Below are positions 47,611 to 62,100 of a DNA stretch of 64,000 bases, in pieces. The notes beneath the pieces are model-generated. The model searched no databases. It was given only the letters and a program-made list of their open reading frames with translations, and was not told the DNA's origin. Position 1 is the stretch's first letter, and the number at the start of each line of letters is the position of its first letter. Position numbers and translations under genes: made by a program. Origin of the DNA: Guillardia theta CCMP2712 (lineage: Eukaryota > Protista > Cryptophyta); contig NW_005434668.1 of NCBI RefSeq assembly GCF_000315625.1, forward strand, positions 180,938 to 244,937, read 5' to 3'.

Positions 47611-50081
47611 TCACTCGCCGATCGCACTGATGATTACCCCCGGCACGGGCGACACGATCGCCTCCCAGAACTCCCTGGCGACGCTTGCTCCTCCTCCTCC
47701 TCCTCCGCTCCACTCAACAAACAGACTCGGGTCTCCTCCACACCACTTGGCAAGGCCGTCAACCTGCATCTTTCCTCGCTCGTCTGCTGCTTCTGAGAAA
47801 CTCCCAGCCACCTTCACGCAGAATCCTGACGTTGTGCCGGGCACAGAAAACGAGCGGAGGCCGTAGACCGGGCCGTTGACTCCTCCTCCTACGCTGCTCC
47901 ACTTCCCCGCAGTGAACATGGCGATGTTCTCTACCACTGCCCCTCCCGCTATGTTGAAGCTTCCTCCTGCAAACAGCATCTCCCCCACCACAGCAAGCGC
48001 AAGAACGTCTCCGTTGAGTCCGCAGACCCCGGGGCTCTTGCGGAGGCACAGAGGATCGAGTAGAGGAGTCCAGCCTCCTCCTCCTCCTCCTCCATCCCAT
48101 CTGGCGATGTTGAGCACCTCCTCCTGCCCTGCCTTTGTGAACCTTCCCCCAACAAAAACACGACCCTCAAGATCGCTGGCAAGTGACAAGACTTCTCCCT
48201 GTATCCCAGCACCGAGAGAGCTCCAGACGAAGTTTGATCCTCCTCCTCCTCCTCCTCCTCCTCCTCCTCCGGTGAGCTTGGCGATGTTCCGTGCGCTCTG
48301 GGTTCCTGCTCGTGTGAAACTGCCGGCAACGAAGAATTCTCCGTTGACGTCGAGGATGGCAGAAACGACCCCGTCGACGTTGATCTCGGTGTCGTAAATC
48401 CACGATCTGAGTGAGGGTCAGAAGGGAAGAGGAAGGATGGAAATCTGAGGACGAGGGGGAGGAGAGTAGCGCGGCGAGGAACGGCAGAATGCAGAAAGGA
48501 TTCGAGAGAAGGAGGAAGGGGAGGAGGAGGAGCAGCAGCAGCAGCAGCAGGCGAAGCAGGAGCAGGAGCAGGAGCAGGAGGTGAAGGAAGAGGATCTATG
48601 TGAGGATAGGAGGAAACCTGTTCACAAGGTCATACAAGGCGAACCCTCCGCTCTTGATCCTTCCAAAGCTCGCAAAGACAGAGGAGAAGCTTCCTCCGAC
48701 CGCCAGGAGCCCAGCACGCGAGGAGGAGAGGGTGATAGTACTGACGGAACCGTCGAGTCCGAGGTCGAGAGTCTCGACTGCTCGAGAGCTGAAGCTGAAC
48801 AGAAAGACGCTCCTGGCCTCCACGTTCTGCACAACGGAGAAACTCCCAGCTAGAAGAAAAACATGAGAGAAGGATGCGAACGAAGAGGGCAGGGGAAAGT
48901 TGAGGAGGGGGGAGGGGAGGGAGGGGAGGGAAGAGGAGGTAGAGGAGGAGAAAAGCACTTTGCTGAAACTTATTCTCACCAGCCACTAGCAAGTCGTTCC
49001 ACGTTGCGATCGCCCTCACCGTACCACTGATGTTCATCCCCGACAGCCACAAACTCGACGGCTGCTGCAAGGCTGCTGGACTGACGGCCAGCAACCCCCT
49101 CATGCCACAGAACTCATCGTACGCTTGCTGGTGGGGCCAGGGAGCTCCAAACGCCTGAAATGCGAGTGAGTAAGAAGGAATCAGTGCGGGAGAGGAGAGA
49201 GGGTGAGGGGAGAAGAGAAAGGAGGAGGAGAGGAGGAGAGAAGGAAAGAAATGAGTGGAGTAGCAGAGAGGGTAGGAGTGAAGAGGAGCTCGGTCAGCGG
49301 GACAAGGTGTAGGCGGGGGAAGGAAGGATGCGAACAAGGGGGAGAGAGAAGGAGAGGAGAGAAGAGGGGCAGTGCAGCTGCAACAGGAAGAAACGAAAGT
49401 CGACCTGGCAGTGTTGATCGACGGCTGTTCCTCCATAGATGGTCTCGTAGGAGACGAGGGCCTCATAGAGCGTGTCCTCCAGAGGAAGCACGTCCTGTAC
49501 CCTCACGCGGATCGATCTCGCTCCCCGTCCAGCTGGGATTCTGCACGTTATCCTCTCCTTGCTCACCACCACGATGTCCAGGCAGCTGCTCCAGAGCTCG
49601 TCGACTCCGACGGTCTCAGAAACGAGGACGGAGATGGAGAAGTTTGAGGGTAGCTGGGAGCGAGCTGGGGCCTCGAAGTTGTTTCCGACGATGGTGATAG
49701 AGGTCTCCTGGAGCATGCGAGCGAGGAGCGGAGAGACTTGCTGAAGGTACGGCCGGGGGACCAGGAGGAAGGAGAAGGTCTTGAAGGAGGAAGCAGTGAT
49801 CTGGAAGGCAGGCAGGCTGATCTGAACTCTGCACTGACCCTTCCCTCCGAAACCAGGGGAGGGAGAGTAGAGCAAGGTGCCGTGTGAATCGATGTATGGA
49901 GTAACGAGGAACATTCCTTCAGCCGTGGAGACGCAGTCGACGGAGAAGGAGAAGAAACGGAAGGAGGAGTTGACATCGAGGTGGAAGTTGTCGAAGGTGA
50001 CGAAGTTTGGATAAGAGTGCAGTCCTGGTTGATCTGGAAGAAGAATCAGGGACGATGCTGTAAGCTGTAAGCTGTAAGCTG

Positions 50082-50114
<33 letters not shown>

Positions 50115-53100
50115 GGTGGTGGTGGTGGTGGTGGTGGTGATGATGATGATGATGATGATGACAAGTATTGCGTAGACATGATTTAGAGTACAAACCTGTG
50201 AACTCGATGTACGAAACCATCGTGTAGTTGGGAACTTGCTGGAAAGAGTCAACATTGACATGGGCAACGATCTCCGTCTTGAGAACATCCTGCCCCACTT
50301 GTAGCCCATCGACTGTCGATCGACAGGACGGCATCGAATCCACAACAGAGATCATCAACACAGCTTCTCCAATCATCTTGCCAGCAAGAGGAAGGTGGAG
50401 AGTGAGATTGCGATCGATAGAAGGAGGAAGAGAGAAGAGAGTTCCGCCGCTAAGGACCCTCACCGACACGTTGACATGCTGCAAGGATTCGTCCAGCGGC
50501 TGCAGGATCGAAATCGCCCCCGGCAGAGCTACAGTCTCGTCCACGTAGCTGCCATAGAGGTTGTAACGCACGGAGCAGTTTGACTCGTTGAAGATGAAGT
50601 TCTTGTACAGGCTGGTCAGCCAGAAGTCGCTGACTGTCCTCCTGACTTGTCCAGCCATCGACGATGAGAAGAGACAGGTCACGTGACCCAGCATGATGCT
50701 GGCGTGATCGTTAACGGGCAGCACGCGGAACATGAGCGTCAGCTTCGTCGAGTTTGACCCTCCCCTCGTTCCCTGGCCATCGTCGTACACGATCAGCGAT
50801 GCGCTGAAATCTCCGTTGTAGTTGTTGCTGATTGCAAAGAGCTACAGTGCATGTCAGTCCCTCTCACAAGCAAACACAGCACACAATCAAGAGGAAAAAA
50901 GAAAAAGAAAAAGAAAAAAAGACACAACAGGATGCAACCCAATAGAACCCACCAGCGTCCCAGTGCTGTTGACGGAAAAGTGCTCGAAGACCGCCAGGCC
51001 CAGGCTACTCCACGGGCTATCCGCCTGCTGGTTGACATGCTGCAACACAAACGAAACTTGCTGCTGGGGCTCGTTGAAAAGACCGTCGGGATAGTTTGAC
51101 GACGACCCCGGCAACGGAGTCGGATGAGGAGTCAACGAAGAGTTCAAGGAGCACAGGGAAAGCTCTACTGTGCATCCTCCCACAAACCCGTTGAAGGTCT
51201 GGAAACCGCTGTCCTCGCAGAGATCGAAGGAGGATGGGCGCGGGGAGAAGAGAGGTGGGAGGTTGAGAGGGAGGAGAGTGAGGTTGAATTCCATCTGGTA
51301 CGACCTCAACTGAGAGCCGACGATGGGGTTCCATGAAACAGTCTGCACGATGGCGACACTGAAACAAACCTGTGAGGAGGAAAGGTCAATCAGGAGGAGG
51401 AAAACTTGATCAGGAGGGAGAGGAGGGATGAGAACGAGAACGAGGGAAGAGAGAAGAGGAGGAAGAGGAGGAGGAGGAGGAGGAGGAAGAGGAGGAGGAG
51501 GAGGAGGAGGAAGAGGAGGAGGAGGAAGCAGGAAGGAGCATCAGCTGATGTCAAAGAGCAGAGAGCGTTCTTTTGCTCACCTTCCTTGTAGAGAACGAGA
51601 AAGGGCTACAGGTCAGAACTCCAGAGCTCCCGGAGAACCTGCAGACAAGGATGTGAGACACTGTGAGGGACGAGGCAAAAGAGGTAAATGAAGATGATGA
51701 ACATGAAGAAGAAGAAGAAGAAGAAGAAGAAGAAGATTAAGAAGAAGATTAAGAAGAAGATTAAGAAGAAGAAGATGATGATGATGATGATGATGAGATT
51801 ACTCGAATTTCGGAGATGTCAAACAGCTGTCAGCCTCAACCGTCCTGTTCAGTGCCGCGCTAAGTAAGGTGTTGTTGGCAGTCGAGAGAAGGGAGCAGTT
51901 TCTTGCACTCCAGATCCATGACAGGTTCAGGTATTCTTGCTCCTGTCGCTCAAGCTTCAACAACAAGTGCTCGATTTGAGAGGAGACGGGAGGGGGAGCG
52001 AGGAGGACAAGGGGGAGGGGAGAGGAGGGGAGAGGAGGGGAGGGAAGGGGAGGAGAGCAGAGGAGGAGGAAGGGAGGGGGAGAGACGGAGAAGTGAAACA
52101 ACAACTCACGTCAAGCAGAATTTCTTGAGCGAAAGTGACTGATTGTTGACTGCCATCATCCGCAGCCATCTCGACGTTGCTGACCATCATGGTTGGCACC
52201 CTTGGCGTCCTGATCACTTGCACATAGAACTCCTCTTCTTTCCTGGTCCAGTTGAGAAGCTGGGGAAGGTTCTCAGCGCCGTTGAGGAAGACGGGGGGAG
52301 GCAGCGGCTTGAGCATGGTAAGGAGAAGCTGAGCCGATCCTGCCCGAGCAGGGAGGAGGGAAAAGTTGAGAGAGCCGAGGAGCAGCCCGAACGAGCTGTA
52401 GACGAGGGGAGGAGACGAGAAACCGACGGGGTCGCCGCCGAGGACGTTGACCGCGAAGTTGTAATCCTTGCATACGGGGGGAGGGCTGAGGGGGTCGAGG
52501 AAGCTCTGACAGAGGTAGGAGATGCCGGGAGGACAAGCGCGAATAGGAGGGGAAACGCCGCAGGGAAGCTCGTTGCGAGGGACAGTCCCTCGAACCAGCA
52601 CCAGCTCGCAGGAGAGGGAAGAGTTGTAAGGACACTCCCGCTTCTCCATAGAGATCGTGTTGACCCTTCGCAGACCGTAACGAGTGCGCCCGTCGTAGTA
52701 GGGGCCCGGATCTTCGTCTGCAATCTTCTGCTGGAGGGCGAACATGGAGAAGAGGTTTCCTTCGTGGTCGTAACGAGGGTCAACGCGCAACACTACCAGC
52801 GCTGCCTCCCTCTGAGAAGTGGAGACCAGCCTCCGTCCATCATGGTCGGCTGCAAGGGACGAGACTGCGGAGAAACCGTCGAAGACGGTGAAGTTGAAAG
52901 GAAACAAGAGAGCTGGTCGATCAAGGTTGTTTGCAATGAGCCAGAGAACGTTGTCGGTCGGAAACAAGGTCCATGACATCAGCCTTCCTGTGTTGACCTT
53001 CAAGGCAACATGGCGGAGGTGGTCAAAGTGACTGAGAGGGATCGGTCGCCCGTAGTAAATCTCGTTGAGGTTGTCTGTGACGTCGAAGACATCTTCGAAC

Positions 53101-56100
53101 TTCATCGTCACCCTGTTCCACTGGAGGAACTTGGACGATGGCGATGACCCATTGCACATGCCATTGTTGAGGAAGGGATGGCAAAGTGAAGCTGAGACGA
53201 TGAGGTAAGACTCCATGTCGAGGTCCAAGAAATATTGCGCATTGATCGCCCCCACAAAGTCCGAGTTGAACGGGTTGGCAGAAGATGCCTGGCTGCAGCT
53301 CTGACCATCCGAGATGTTGCAAGTGACGTTGGAGGAGAGAGAGAGAGAAGAAAGGTTGTAGTTGAGATGAAACTCCTGATAGTCTTCGAACTGAGATCCA
53401 TTCCACTTCATAATCCACGACGATGTGATGTTCAAACTGTCCGTCCCTTGCACAGACGCCAGCAGGCTCGTCGTGTTCTGCTGGGTGGACGTCGACAGGA
53501 ACTGACCCGCGCCAGCGATCTCGAAGAAAGCGAGTGACGTGAGACCTGGAGCGAGAGGAGACATAAGGACAGGACATGAAAGAACACCTTGTCTTACCTG
53601 TATGCGAGAGAGTCTGAAAGAGAGTGAAGGTGCCTGCATTGTACTCAAGGTGATGGTTGTAGGCGTACGGGATGAACGAGAGGATTTCGGACGACGAGTC
53701 CTCGTCCATGTTGGCAACGCTGGGGATAGAAGTCGTTAGTGATAAGGGTCGATGACTGTTCCGCTCACCTCATCAGGTCAAACACGTTTCCATTCTCGAC
53801 TATCCTGACGTGATCGATCATAACAGAACCTGAACAAGAGTCAGAGAGTCTGACACGACGCACTTCTACAATCACCGGAGGTTGGGAGAATGTAAAACAG
53901 CTCAAAGTTGAGGCCGTTTGCAAATGCTGGGTCGACTAAGTCGACGTTGAGTCGGTAGATGAGGGTGTAGGACCTGTCTACGTGTCATTCCTTGACAAAA
54001 TGTGCAACAACATCGTTTCAACCTTGAACAGCTTCTGAGCGCAGATGAAGAAGAGAAGAACGAGGCGATCAGTAGGCTGTCACGCGATTCTTTGATCAGG
54101 AAATGTTTGATGTGACTTGGAACCATCGTGAGGGGTTGACTTTGACAAGTTTTGGAGCTGTTTGCCGCACTCTGAGAACTCTTGACGCCGCCGAGGCTGA
54201 CGCACGGGCCATTGACTCCAAGTGGGTCATCGCAAATACAATGACAGGCTTCGGCATCGTATGGCAGAGGTGTAGACTGCAGCCTCTGAGCTAACACAAG
54301 ACTTTCCTTCTTCCCGTCCCACATTTCAACCTCAACCTCTCCGTTCTGCTTCATCACTGCAAGGAACAAGGAGGGCTGGCCGTCGACGACTTCGACCTGG
54401 TGCAAGAAGATTCAGGAAGCATCGCGGAAGTCTCAAGGTCATACCTGAAAGAACTCCATCTCCATCACTCCACTGTCTACCTTGGCATCATACTTCACGT
54501 CAAACCGCGATGACAAGTCATTCCATGCAAGGATCACGACGCGATCTTGACTGCTCGGGTCGTAGAACGAGCAGAAGGAAAGAGCCAGCAGGTCGAGCCC
54601 TAGGAACTTTGTCCCCTGAGACGCGCAGAGAGCAAGAGAAACGTTGGATGCTTGCAGATTGAGGTAGTCTGTGACAGGACGAGGAAAGCTTTCATGCCTC
54701 CCCCTCCATTCCGCTCATCGTCATGACGTCTCTTGTCCCCTGCCGGACGAAGTCGAGGAAAGAGAGAGCTCCAGTCTTGTTGCTCCTCTCCCACACTGCG
54801 AGAGACTGGGAGGAGGAGAAGCCGACGAAGAGGCGACTGCCGGAAGAAGAGAGGGCGATGGCGGCAGGGGAGGAGAGGAGCTCTTGCATCTCCTGACTCA
54901 CACAAGAGGATTGGAGGAAGATGAGGGATCCGGAGGCTATATCTCGACTCCATATCTCGATGCAGGCCCGATAGGTCTTGATGGAGTAGAGGAACAGCCC
55001 GTCGCTGCTGATGACGAAGTCTGCAACATCTCCCCATCGATCCTCTTCGGAGATCCACAGGGGGGAGAAGGAAGAGTTGTAGGGGAGCGGGCAGTCTTGG
55101 CAGTTAAGGGTGAAGGACACGTCGATCTCGCCGTTTGACAGGTTCCGGTCGAAACAAAACATGGAGCGAGAGAAGGAAGAAAGGACGTACAGGAATCGTT
55201 CGTCCGGGCTGAGTGAGATCGCGTTGGGCTGTACGAGGCCGTAAAGCTTCTCTGTGTAAACGCTGAAGAGTAAGAGACGGTTGTCTAACTTAGTCTGTCC
55301 GCCGACCAACACGCCCATCCCTCCTTGACCAGTCTCCACGTAGTCACTGCACGTCCCTCCGAGATTTGCCAATCTCTGCTGCTCGACCAGTTTCGTCCCA
55401 TTCCACCCAAAGTTTCTGCTTCCCTCCTCTTCCACCACAGTTAGGAAAGAACTTTGCAGGCTGGTTGAGTAGAAGGAGCGAAGGAAGGTGACGCGACGAG
55501 TGCTGATCTCTTGTAAGCTCTGAAACAGTTCGGAGCCTTCACGTGCCATGAAAACCTGTGGGAGAGAGAAAAGAGAAGGAAAGGAGGAGGAGGAGGAGGA
55601 GGAGGAGGAGGAGGAGGAGGAGGAGGAGAAAACAAGAGAAAAACCAAAAGGACGAGAGGAACGAGAAGGAGAAAGTCAGGAAACAATATCATATCATCAA
55701 TCAAAACAACCTTGACAGGAGAAGAATCGGATCCAAACATGATGATATGAGAGGGCCCAGAAGAGATATACTCAACAGACGAAGCAAGTTGGGTATCAAA
55801 CTGTTGAATCTCACACAACATCATGTTCCCTTCAGGCTGTTCTCCGAGAAGAACTTGATTTCCTTGCAAGCACCACTGATGATTCTCCGCCTCAACTTCC
55901 CAGCTGTGAGGTTTGCACTCCACGTCAACGTTACATTCGCTGTCTGTTGTGCACATGTTGCTGATGTTATTGCTGCAGAGACAGGTCTTGGAGTATGCTT
56001 GACCTTGAAACTCAACAACGCAGCTTACATCACACCTGATCAAGAAGAATCGAATCAAGATGATAAATTGCGATGAAAAAGTGACACTTGAAGGAGACAG

Positions 56101-59100
56101 AGTGGGACAAAGGAAAGAGGGAGAACGAAGGAAAGAGGAAACAGGGGAGGAGGAGTGAAGGAGTGAAGGGAGGGCAGAAGGGAGTGAGAAGCCGGGAGTT
56201 TTGACCAATGCGATCAAGAACTGACCGATGGATTTTGCAATCTGTGTTGTTGGAACAAGGATGTAAGGAGTCCGAGCAAGCTGGATAGGACATCAAGTTT
56301 GATGTGCTGAATTGAGTGTGGGTCGAGTTGACAATCCTGAGAGAAGAAGACGCGGAGAGTTTCAGTATAAGATCAGCACGTAGACAGGGGGACCATACTA
56401 TATGCAACACAAGAGCAAGAGCAAGAGCAAAGAGCAAAGAGCAAAGAGCGGGGAGGCAAAACAATTCAACACGGAGAATGTCATCAGACCTTCCTAAACG
56501 GTAAAGCTTCGACGGTGGCGGGGAAGTAGTGGACGTGTCGAAATAGTTTGCAACGACCATGTATGGCATCTGGGATGGAACATAAGAACGACTAGAACCG
56601 TAGGGCAGCAGAGTCGGTACCCTCCGTCGTCTCTGGTTGTTGTACATGGTAAAGAGCCTCGCGTCTGCTGCCCCTTGGGTTCGAAACTTGGTGTGCTGAG
56701 AAGATGTCACGAGGAAAAAAGTAAGGAATCTTCATGTCTCACGCTCTGCACGCGGACGGGGCTCGAGCCATGAGGAGAGAGGTAGGAGCAGTCTCCCCTC
56801 GGGCTCTGCAGCTGAGCTGTGTCGTTGCTGGGGAGGAAGAGGAAGACGTCGGAGAAGGAGTCAGTGTGAAGGGAGCCGTTGGAGTCGAGCTGGTAGAAGT
56901 TGAGAGCGACGAGGAACGAGGCGTCGAACATGCTGAACGATCGCCATGCGATAGCGCCCGAGGTCTCAATCTCCTGCACACAGTTGACGAGGGGGAACCC
57001 CGAGGAGTCATCGAGGAAGAGGAGGAAGGAATGCTCGGGGTCGTTGACTCTCCTCCCCTCACTGCTTGGGAGGAGGTGGCTGGCGATGAGCCCGTCGAAG
57101 TTGCTGCTGACGATCAGGTAAGTAGCATTGTCAGCCTTCATGGGGTAGATGGAAGAGGAACTGCTCCAGTACGGCCAACTGCCCTTCCTCCACTTGCCGT
57201 GATCCTGACCGAAGCGAAGTTCGCGCATGTTCACCAGGCTTCTGCCCTGCACCAGCTCGTACTGGAACCCGTGGGCCACCTGGGCTGTCAGGTTGACGCC
57301 GCTGGGCACGTGGGCGGTCAAAACTGCTCCGAAACATCGCAGGGAGGGAGGAGAGAGGGCGCTGTAGCCGCTGCCATGGTTGTCGATCACGACCCCAGTG
57401 ACATGCCCGGTGGAGTTGTAGGAGCAATTGGCAGCGAAGCCCGAGCCGCCATGGTGGTCGATGACGATGACAGGCTCTTCCACGACCCCTTCCGTCATGA
57501 TCTCGCTGCTGTTGAGCACAAAGGAGACGAAAGTCACAGAGGCGGCTTGCGGACTCGATGTGTCTGAGTACAGGAGCTGGAGGTTCGCCGTGACCAGCCC
57601 GAGGCTGCAACCGACGCCGTGCACGTTGATTGTGAAAGAGACGACGCCGCCGGTGGAAGGGTTGACGTCAAACGTCCCATTGGCAGGAGTTTGACATCCG
57701 GTCAAAGTCTTCCAGCTTCCTGCTACGTAACTCGAACCAGGGGACAGGATCGTGATGCCCGTGACTGTGTCCTCCATCGGGGTGGAGCCATCAGGGTAGT
57801 AAAGAGAGATGCTTGCGGTCTCATCTCCCCAGCCCACGTCCAGGACGACTCCAAGGGGGTTCCTGCTGCATCTCGGGCTACGAAGAGCCGCATCTAGTCC
57901 GTTGAGACACTCGCCGAAGAAGGAGAGCGCAGAGCTCGCCTCCTGCTGCTCCGTTCGGTACTTGCCGTCAACGTAACCGACGCCATGGCTGGTGACCTGG
58001 AGGAAGGCAGAGGAGACCTTGAAGAGGAAGCTGGGTGTCGAGAAGTGGAAGAAGAGAGGGACAGAGGTGACCTTGCTTGTCAGCAGCCACCGGGTTGCTC
58101 CGTCCTGAAGGAACGGCGAACCGAAGATCCAAGAGGTGTTTCTCTTGATCCTCTCGTAGATGAAGCCGCACTTGGGGTCCAGGCACACTCTCTGCCACAA
58201 CGGAGTGCTGATGGTGGTGCTGCCGAGGGTGCTGTTGGTTTCGCTGGAGGTCTTTTGGTCGAGGCTGATATAGAAATCGGCAACCCGAACCCCGTGGGTC
58301 CAGTCGGGGCTGGTGCAGGAGAGCCGCTGGTAGCCCGTTGAGCCGTTGGTAATGGTAGCTGGGGAGGACTCAGTGATATTCAGGAGGGAGACCTCCCAAC
58401 GGCAGGAGTAGGATAACTTCGCGTCAAAGTTTCCTTGCAGGAGGATGTCAGAGGGGTTGTGAGCTAGAGCGAAGTCAACGTTAGGGACGAGAACGTCCCC
58501 GACTGCGATGGAGGAGAAAGAGACGGTGGACTGGTCGATAGTGTTCTCGTCCATCTTCGGCTTCTTCCTCAGGTACTGAAGGATAGCTTCCTCCTTGGTC
58601 AGGGGATCGTTGTAGATCCTGACCATGTGCAACATTCCCTGGTGCGCACTGCCAGGCCCTGGATTCTTGAAGTTGCCGTCAAAGTTCCATCCTCCATTCT
58701 TGCCCGCGCCCACTGAGAAGTTGTAAGGGTTCCTGTTGCACCTCAAGTTCAGCTGGTCGTAGCTGGTCAGTCCGGGGTAAAGAATGGGCCCACAGGTGAC
58801 GTTTTTGAGTGTCTTGGAGTACTGGACCCCGTTGTAGAGCAGGAGCATGTGGGTGCCATTGTAAGTCCCGATGATGTGGACCCATCGGCCGTTGGCGATC
58901 GTTGGCAGCTGGACGAGGAGACTGGCGTCAGCGCTGGCTGTCTTGGCCAACACATCAGCACAAGCTGTCCCCACGAAGAAACGGAAGCTTGTCTGAGATT
59001 GGGTGTGAGAGTAGGAGAGTGACCAGCCTTGGGCACACTCGGTAGTGGATTGCTCTACCCCGACGAGGTAACGGAACCTTGGCTGCTGGAAGTCAAGGTC

Positions 59101-62100
59101 AGCGTCGGGAGTGGCCTCGATAGTGAACCAGGTTTCAACGCTGAACTCTGCCTTCGGCATTTTCTGGATCACAGTATTCATGTCGTAGGTAAGGAAGAGG
59201 CCAGTGTTCAGGTTGTCGTCGAATTGCATCACCGAGAGCCTGCGGTTGCTCGCTACGAAAGTTCGCAAGTCGACCTGATCAGACTCGGCGTCCCAGTCCA
59301 TGGCAACTACCTTGTCCCACCACCTGTACCTGCTGTTGCAGATGGGGTACGTGCAGACGTCCCTTCTCTTGCAGAGAGGGCCCGGGAGCACCAGGGGGCC
59401 AGTCTTACCGGTGAGGTCGCGCAAAGTGGCGAACTTGACGTTGGAAGGATACTGCTCGGTACAAAGTGGACAGCCAGACACAACAGCTTGAGCGAATGCA
59501 GGGCAATGCTCGTAGTCGATTGCCAGCTTGTCCCTAGACATGCTGCAACCATTCAGGTCCGAGCAGGAGAAGTTTGTAATCCTCTCATACGAAAGGTCGG
59601 TTGACCGCTGGACTTGTGCATAGAAGGAAGAAGCATCCACGTTGAATCTGTCATGCAACTCGCTCTCACTCACGCCTGCTGCGCTGAAGACACTGTCTAT
59701 ATCCATCACCCAGCATGCTGAAGTCTTGCTCCATAGATCCTGGGGATACAAGAAGTCTTGATACCGTTGCTTGAACTCCTGCTCAGGCATCTGACAAGCA
59801 AACATGTCAGCGGGTTACGAGAAGCAAAAGAAGAGCCTTACATCTAAAGCTGCCCAATCAACCAGATTTCTTGTCAGTTCTCCTCCGCCACTTGCAGCCA
59901 GGTACGTGTTGTTGGCTTCGTGGAAAAAGTTTGCAGTGAAGACATCTTGCGTTGCAAAATGCAGTGGAGTCCGGTCAAACTTCTCTGTGGGGCTGAAACC
60001 TCTGAAAGTTAAGGTATGGAACTGATCCACCTTGCGGTCGAAGACATTCAGAACTCCGTTGTCATTCTTGAAGATAGTGAGCGAGTCTGCATCAGGCTCG
60101 ATCGCAAACATGTAGGACATGTCCTTGAGAAAAGCGTACTTGGTCACATACTCTAACCCCGCTTGTGAAAGGAACGGGTCGGTGGAATAGTTCAGCAGCT
60201 CGAGGTTGCCAGACGTCGCGTTGACGAGGAAGGAGGTCTGAGAGGCAGGAATGAAACCTCTGGCGTTCGACACTCGCTCGACAAAGTTGTTCACCACTGA
60301 TACATCAGCATCCGATTCCACCGAAAACTTGTTGGTGGCCAACAGCTCCGAACAGTTGGTTCCTGCGATGACCTTGGGACAGAAGCAGGCCACGTGCATC
60401 GAGCTCGACAGGTTCTTGCAGGAAACGCGTTGAGATAGGGAGAAGTCAGGCCTGTGCTCTACTGGGAGCACGATGATTGACACCACCTGTATGCTTGTCT
60501 GGTTGCCGATCGCTGCATCCACAGGATTTATTTTCCCATCATCGACAAGCTTGAAGAAGACTCTCGACACTCCCTGGACGGAAGGAGCCACCGCGAATGT
60601 CATATTGCCGTTCACGTCGATCACGGGAAGACGGAAGAACAGATCACTCCTGTCGATGTACATGATCTTGAATGTCAAGTTCTGCTGCTTGCAGTAAGAG
60701 CTCTCTTGAAGCTTACAATTTTCATTGGGAGCTCCAGCACTGATAGAAGATATGATTCTCCTGGAAGACACAACTCCTACGTTCTCACGAGCAAAGACAG
60801 ATTCCTCGATGATCGAGAATGATGGAGGGAAATTCACTTGCAAGACTTCCAGGGTCGAACTATGCCACTGGGAAGTATCAGAACCTCCTCGGAGCGTGTT
60901 GCCACTGTCAATGGCTCTTACTGATAGATGCACGAGACCGAACACGCTCTTTTGCACTTCGAAAGTGAGAGTGGCAGTCTGGGAATGAGGCTCGACGAGG
61001 ATAGTTGGCTGCTTCCCGTCAACGAAGAAAGACTGATCAACGTCGTATCTCACTTCGAACGAAACGAGCTGAGATGTCTCGTCTATACATGCCAAGCAAC
61101 CTGCTGTGATGTTGGTGATGAATGATGGGATTGTCTGAAACGAAGCATTTTCTTGTGTTGTCAACAGGGGCTGCAGCTCAAATTGAGGAGGATCGTTGAT
61201 GGGAAGGACAATGATACTCAGAATTCTTGTATAGGTCAATGGCATGACAGGATCATCATCGGTCAATGAGATATTCAACTTGACCTCACCAGATTGATTG
61301 CTCGCCAATTTGAAACTAAAGTTTCCGTCAGGAGTTATTGTTGGTGGCTCTTCAAAGAGCAGATCCAAACTTTCCGAGGAGTTCACATTGAACGTGCCAG
61401 TCTGGTTGTTACATAGTAAGTATTTCCAGGGATCGTTCGGAGGGCAACCAAGGCCTTTGTCATCGTATAGACCCATCGTGATTTCGTAGGCGAAGTTGAG
61501 AAACTCAAATCGCAAGTCATCGACTGTGTTCTTGCAATTGATAGGCTTGAAGTCGCTCGAAATTGAACCATCAGTGCACGAGGAATCTTCGGTCAACACC
61601 AAGATTTCCGACTCTAGCTGAAACATCGGGGCGATGTTCTTGAAGCGCACATGAATCGTCATATTCACACTTGAGCTGTCTTGCCCAAAGATGGTGAAGT
61701 TCAAGCCAACATTGCGCAAGGTCACCGTGATTTCTTCATCTCCATATCTGTCTGGATAGAAGGCAAGCTGAAAACAGGGGTCACCCTCTTCGCAAGCCTC
61801 GTAGCTCACTGCACTTAGAACCAGATCATCTTTCAGCTTGATTTCCGGCTGCAACAAGGGCAACAAAGTCGTTCCCAGCCACCCCCCGCGGCTGCTCACA
61901 TTCACTTTGATCCAGACTGGCTCGCTGTTTCGATCTATGTGCAGAGGGTCCGGAAACAGTACAAATTCCGGTGGTTCGAGAATTGGTAGGATCTTTACCA
62001 GGAAATCGCCATCAACCACCACGTCGATTACTTTGATCTTTATCTTGATCATCACTTCTCCAGAGGCATTCGCAGGGATCACAAACCGAAGCTTGTACCG

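Noticed and set aside
50083-50161. Long poly-His run in ORF 49294-50790
   Set aside because: The (CAT/CAC)n microsatellite lies between a GT donor (~50194) and a ttccag acceptor (~50034) on the minus strand, so it is most likely an in-frame intron and not a metal-binding tract.
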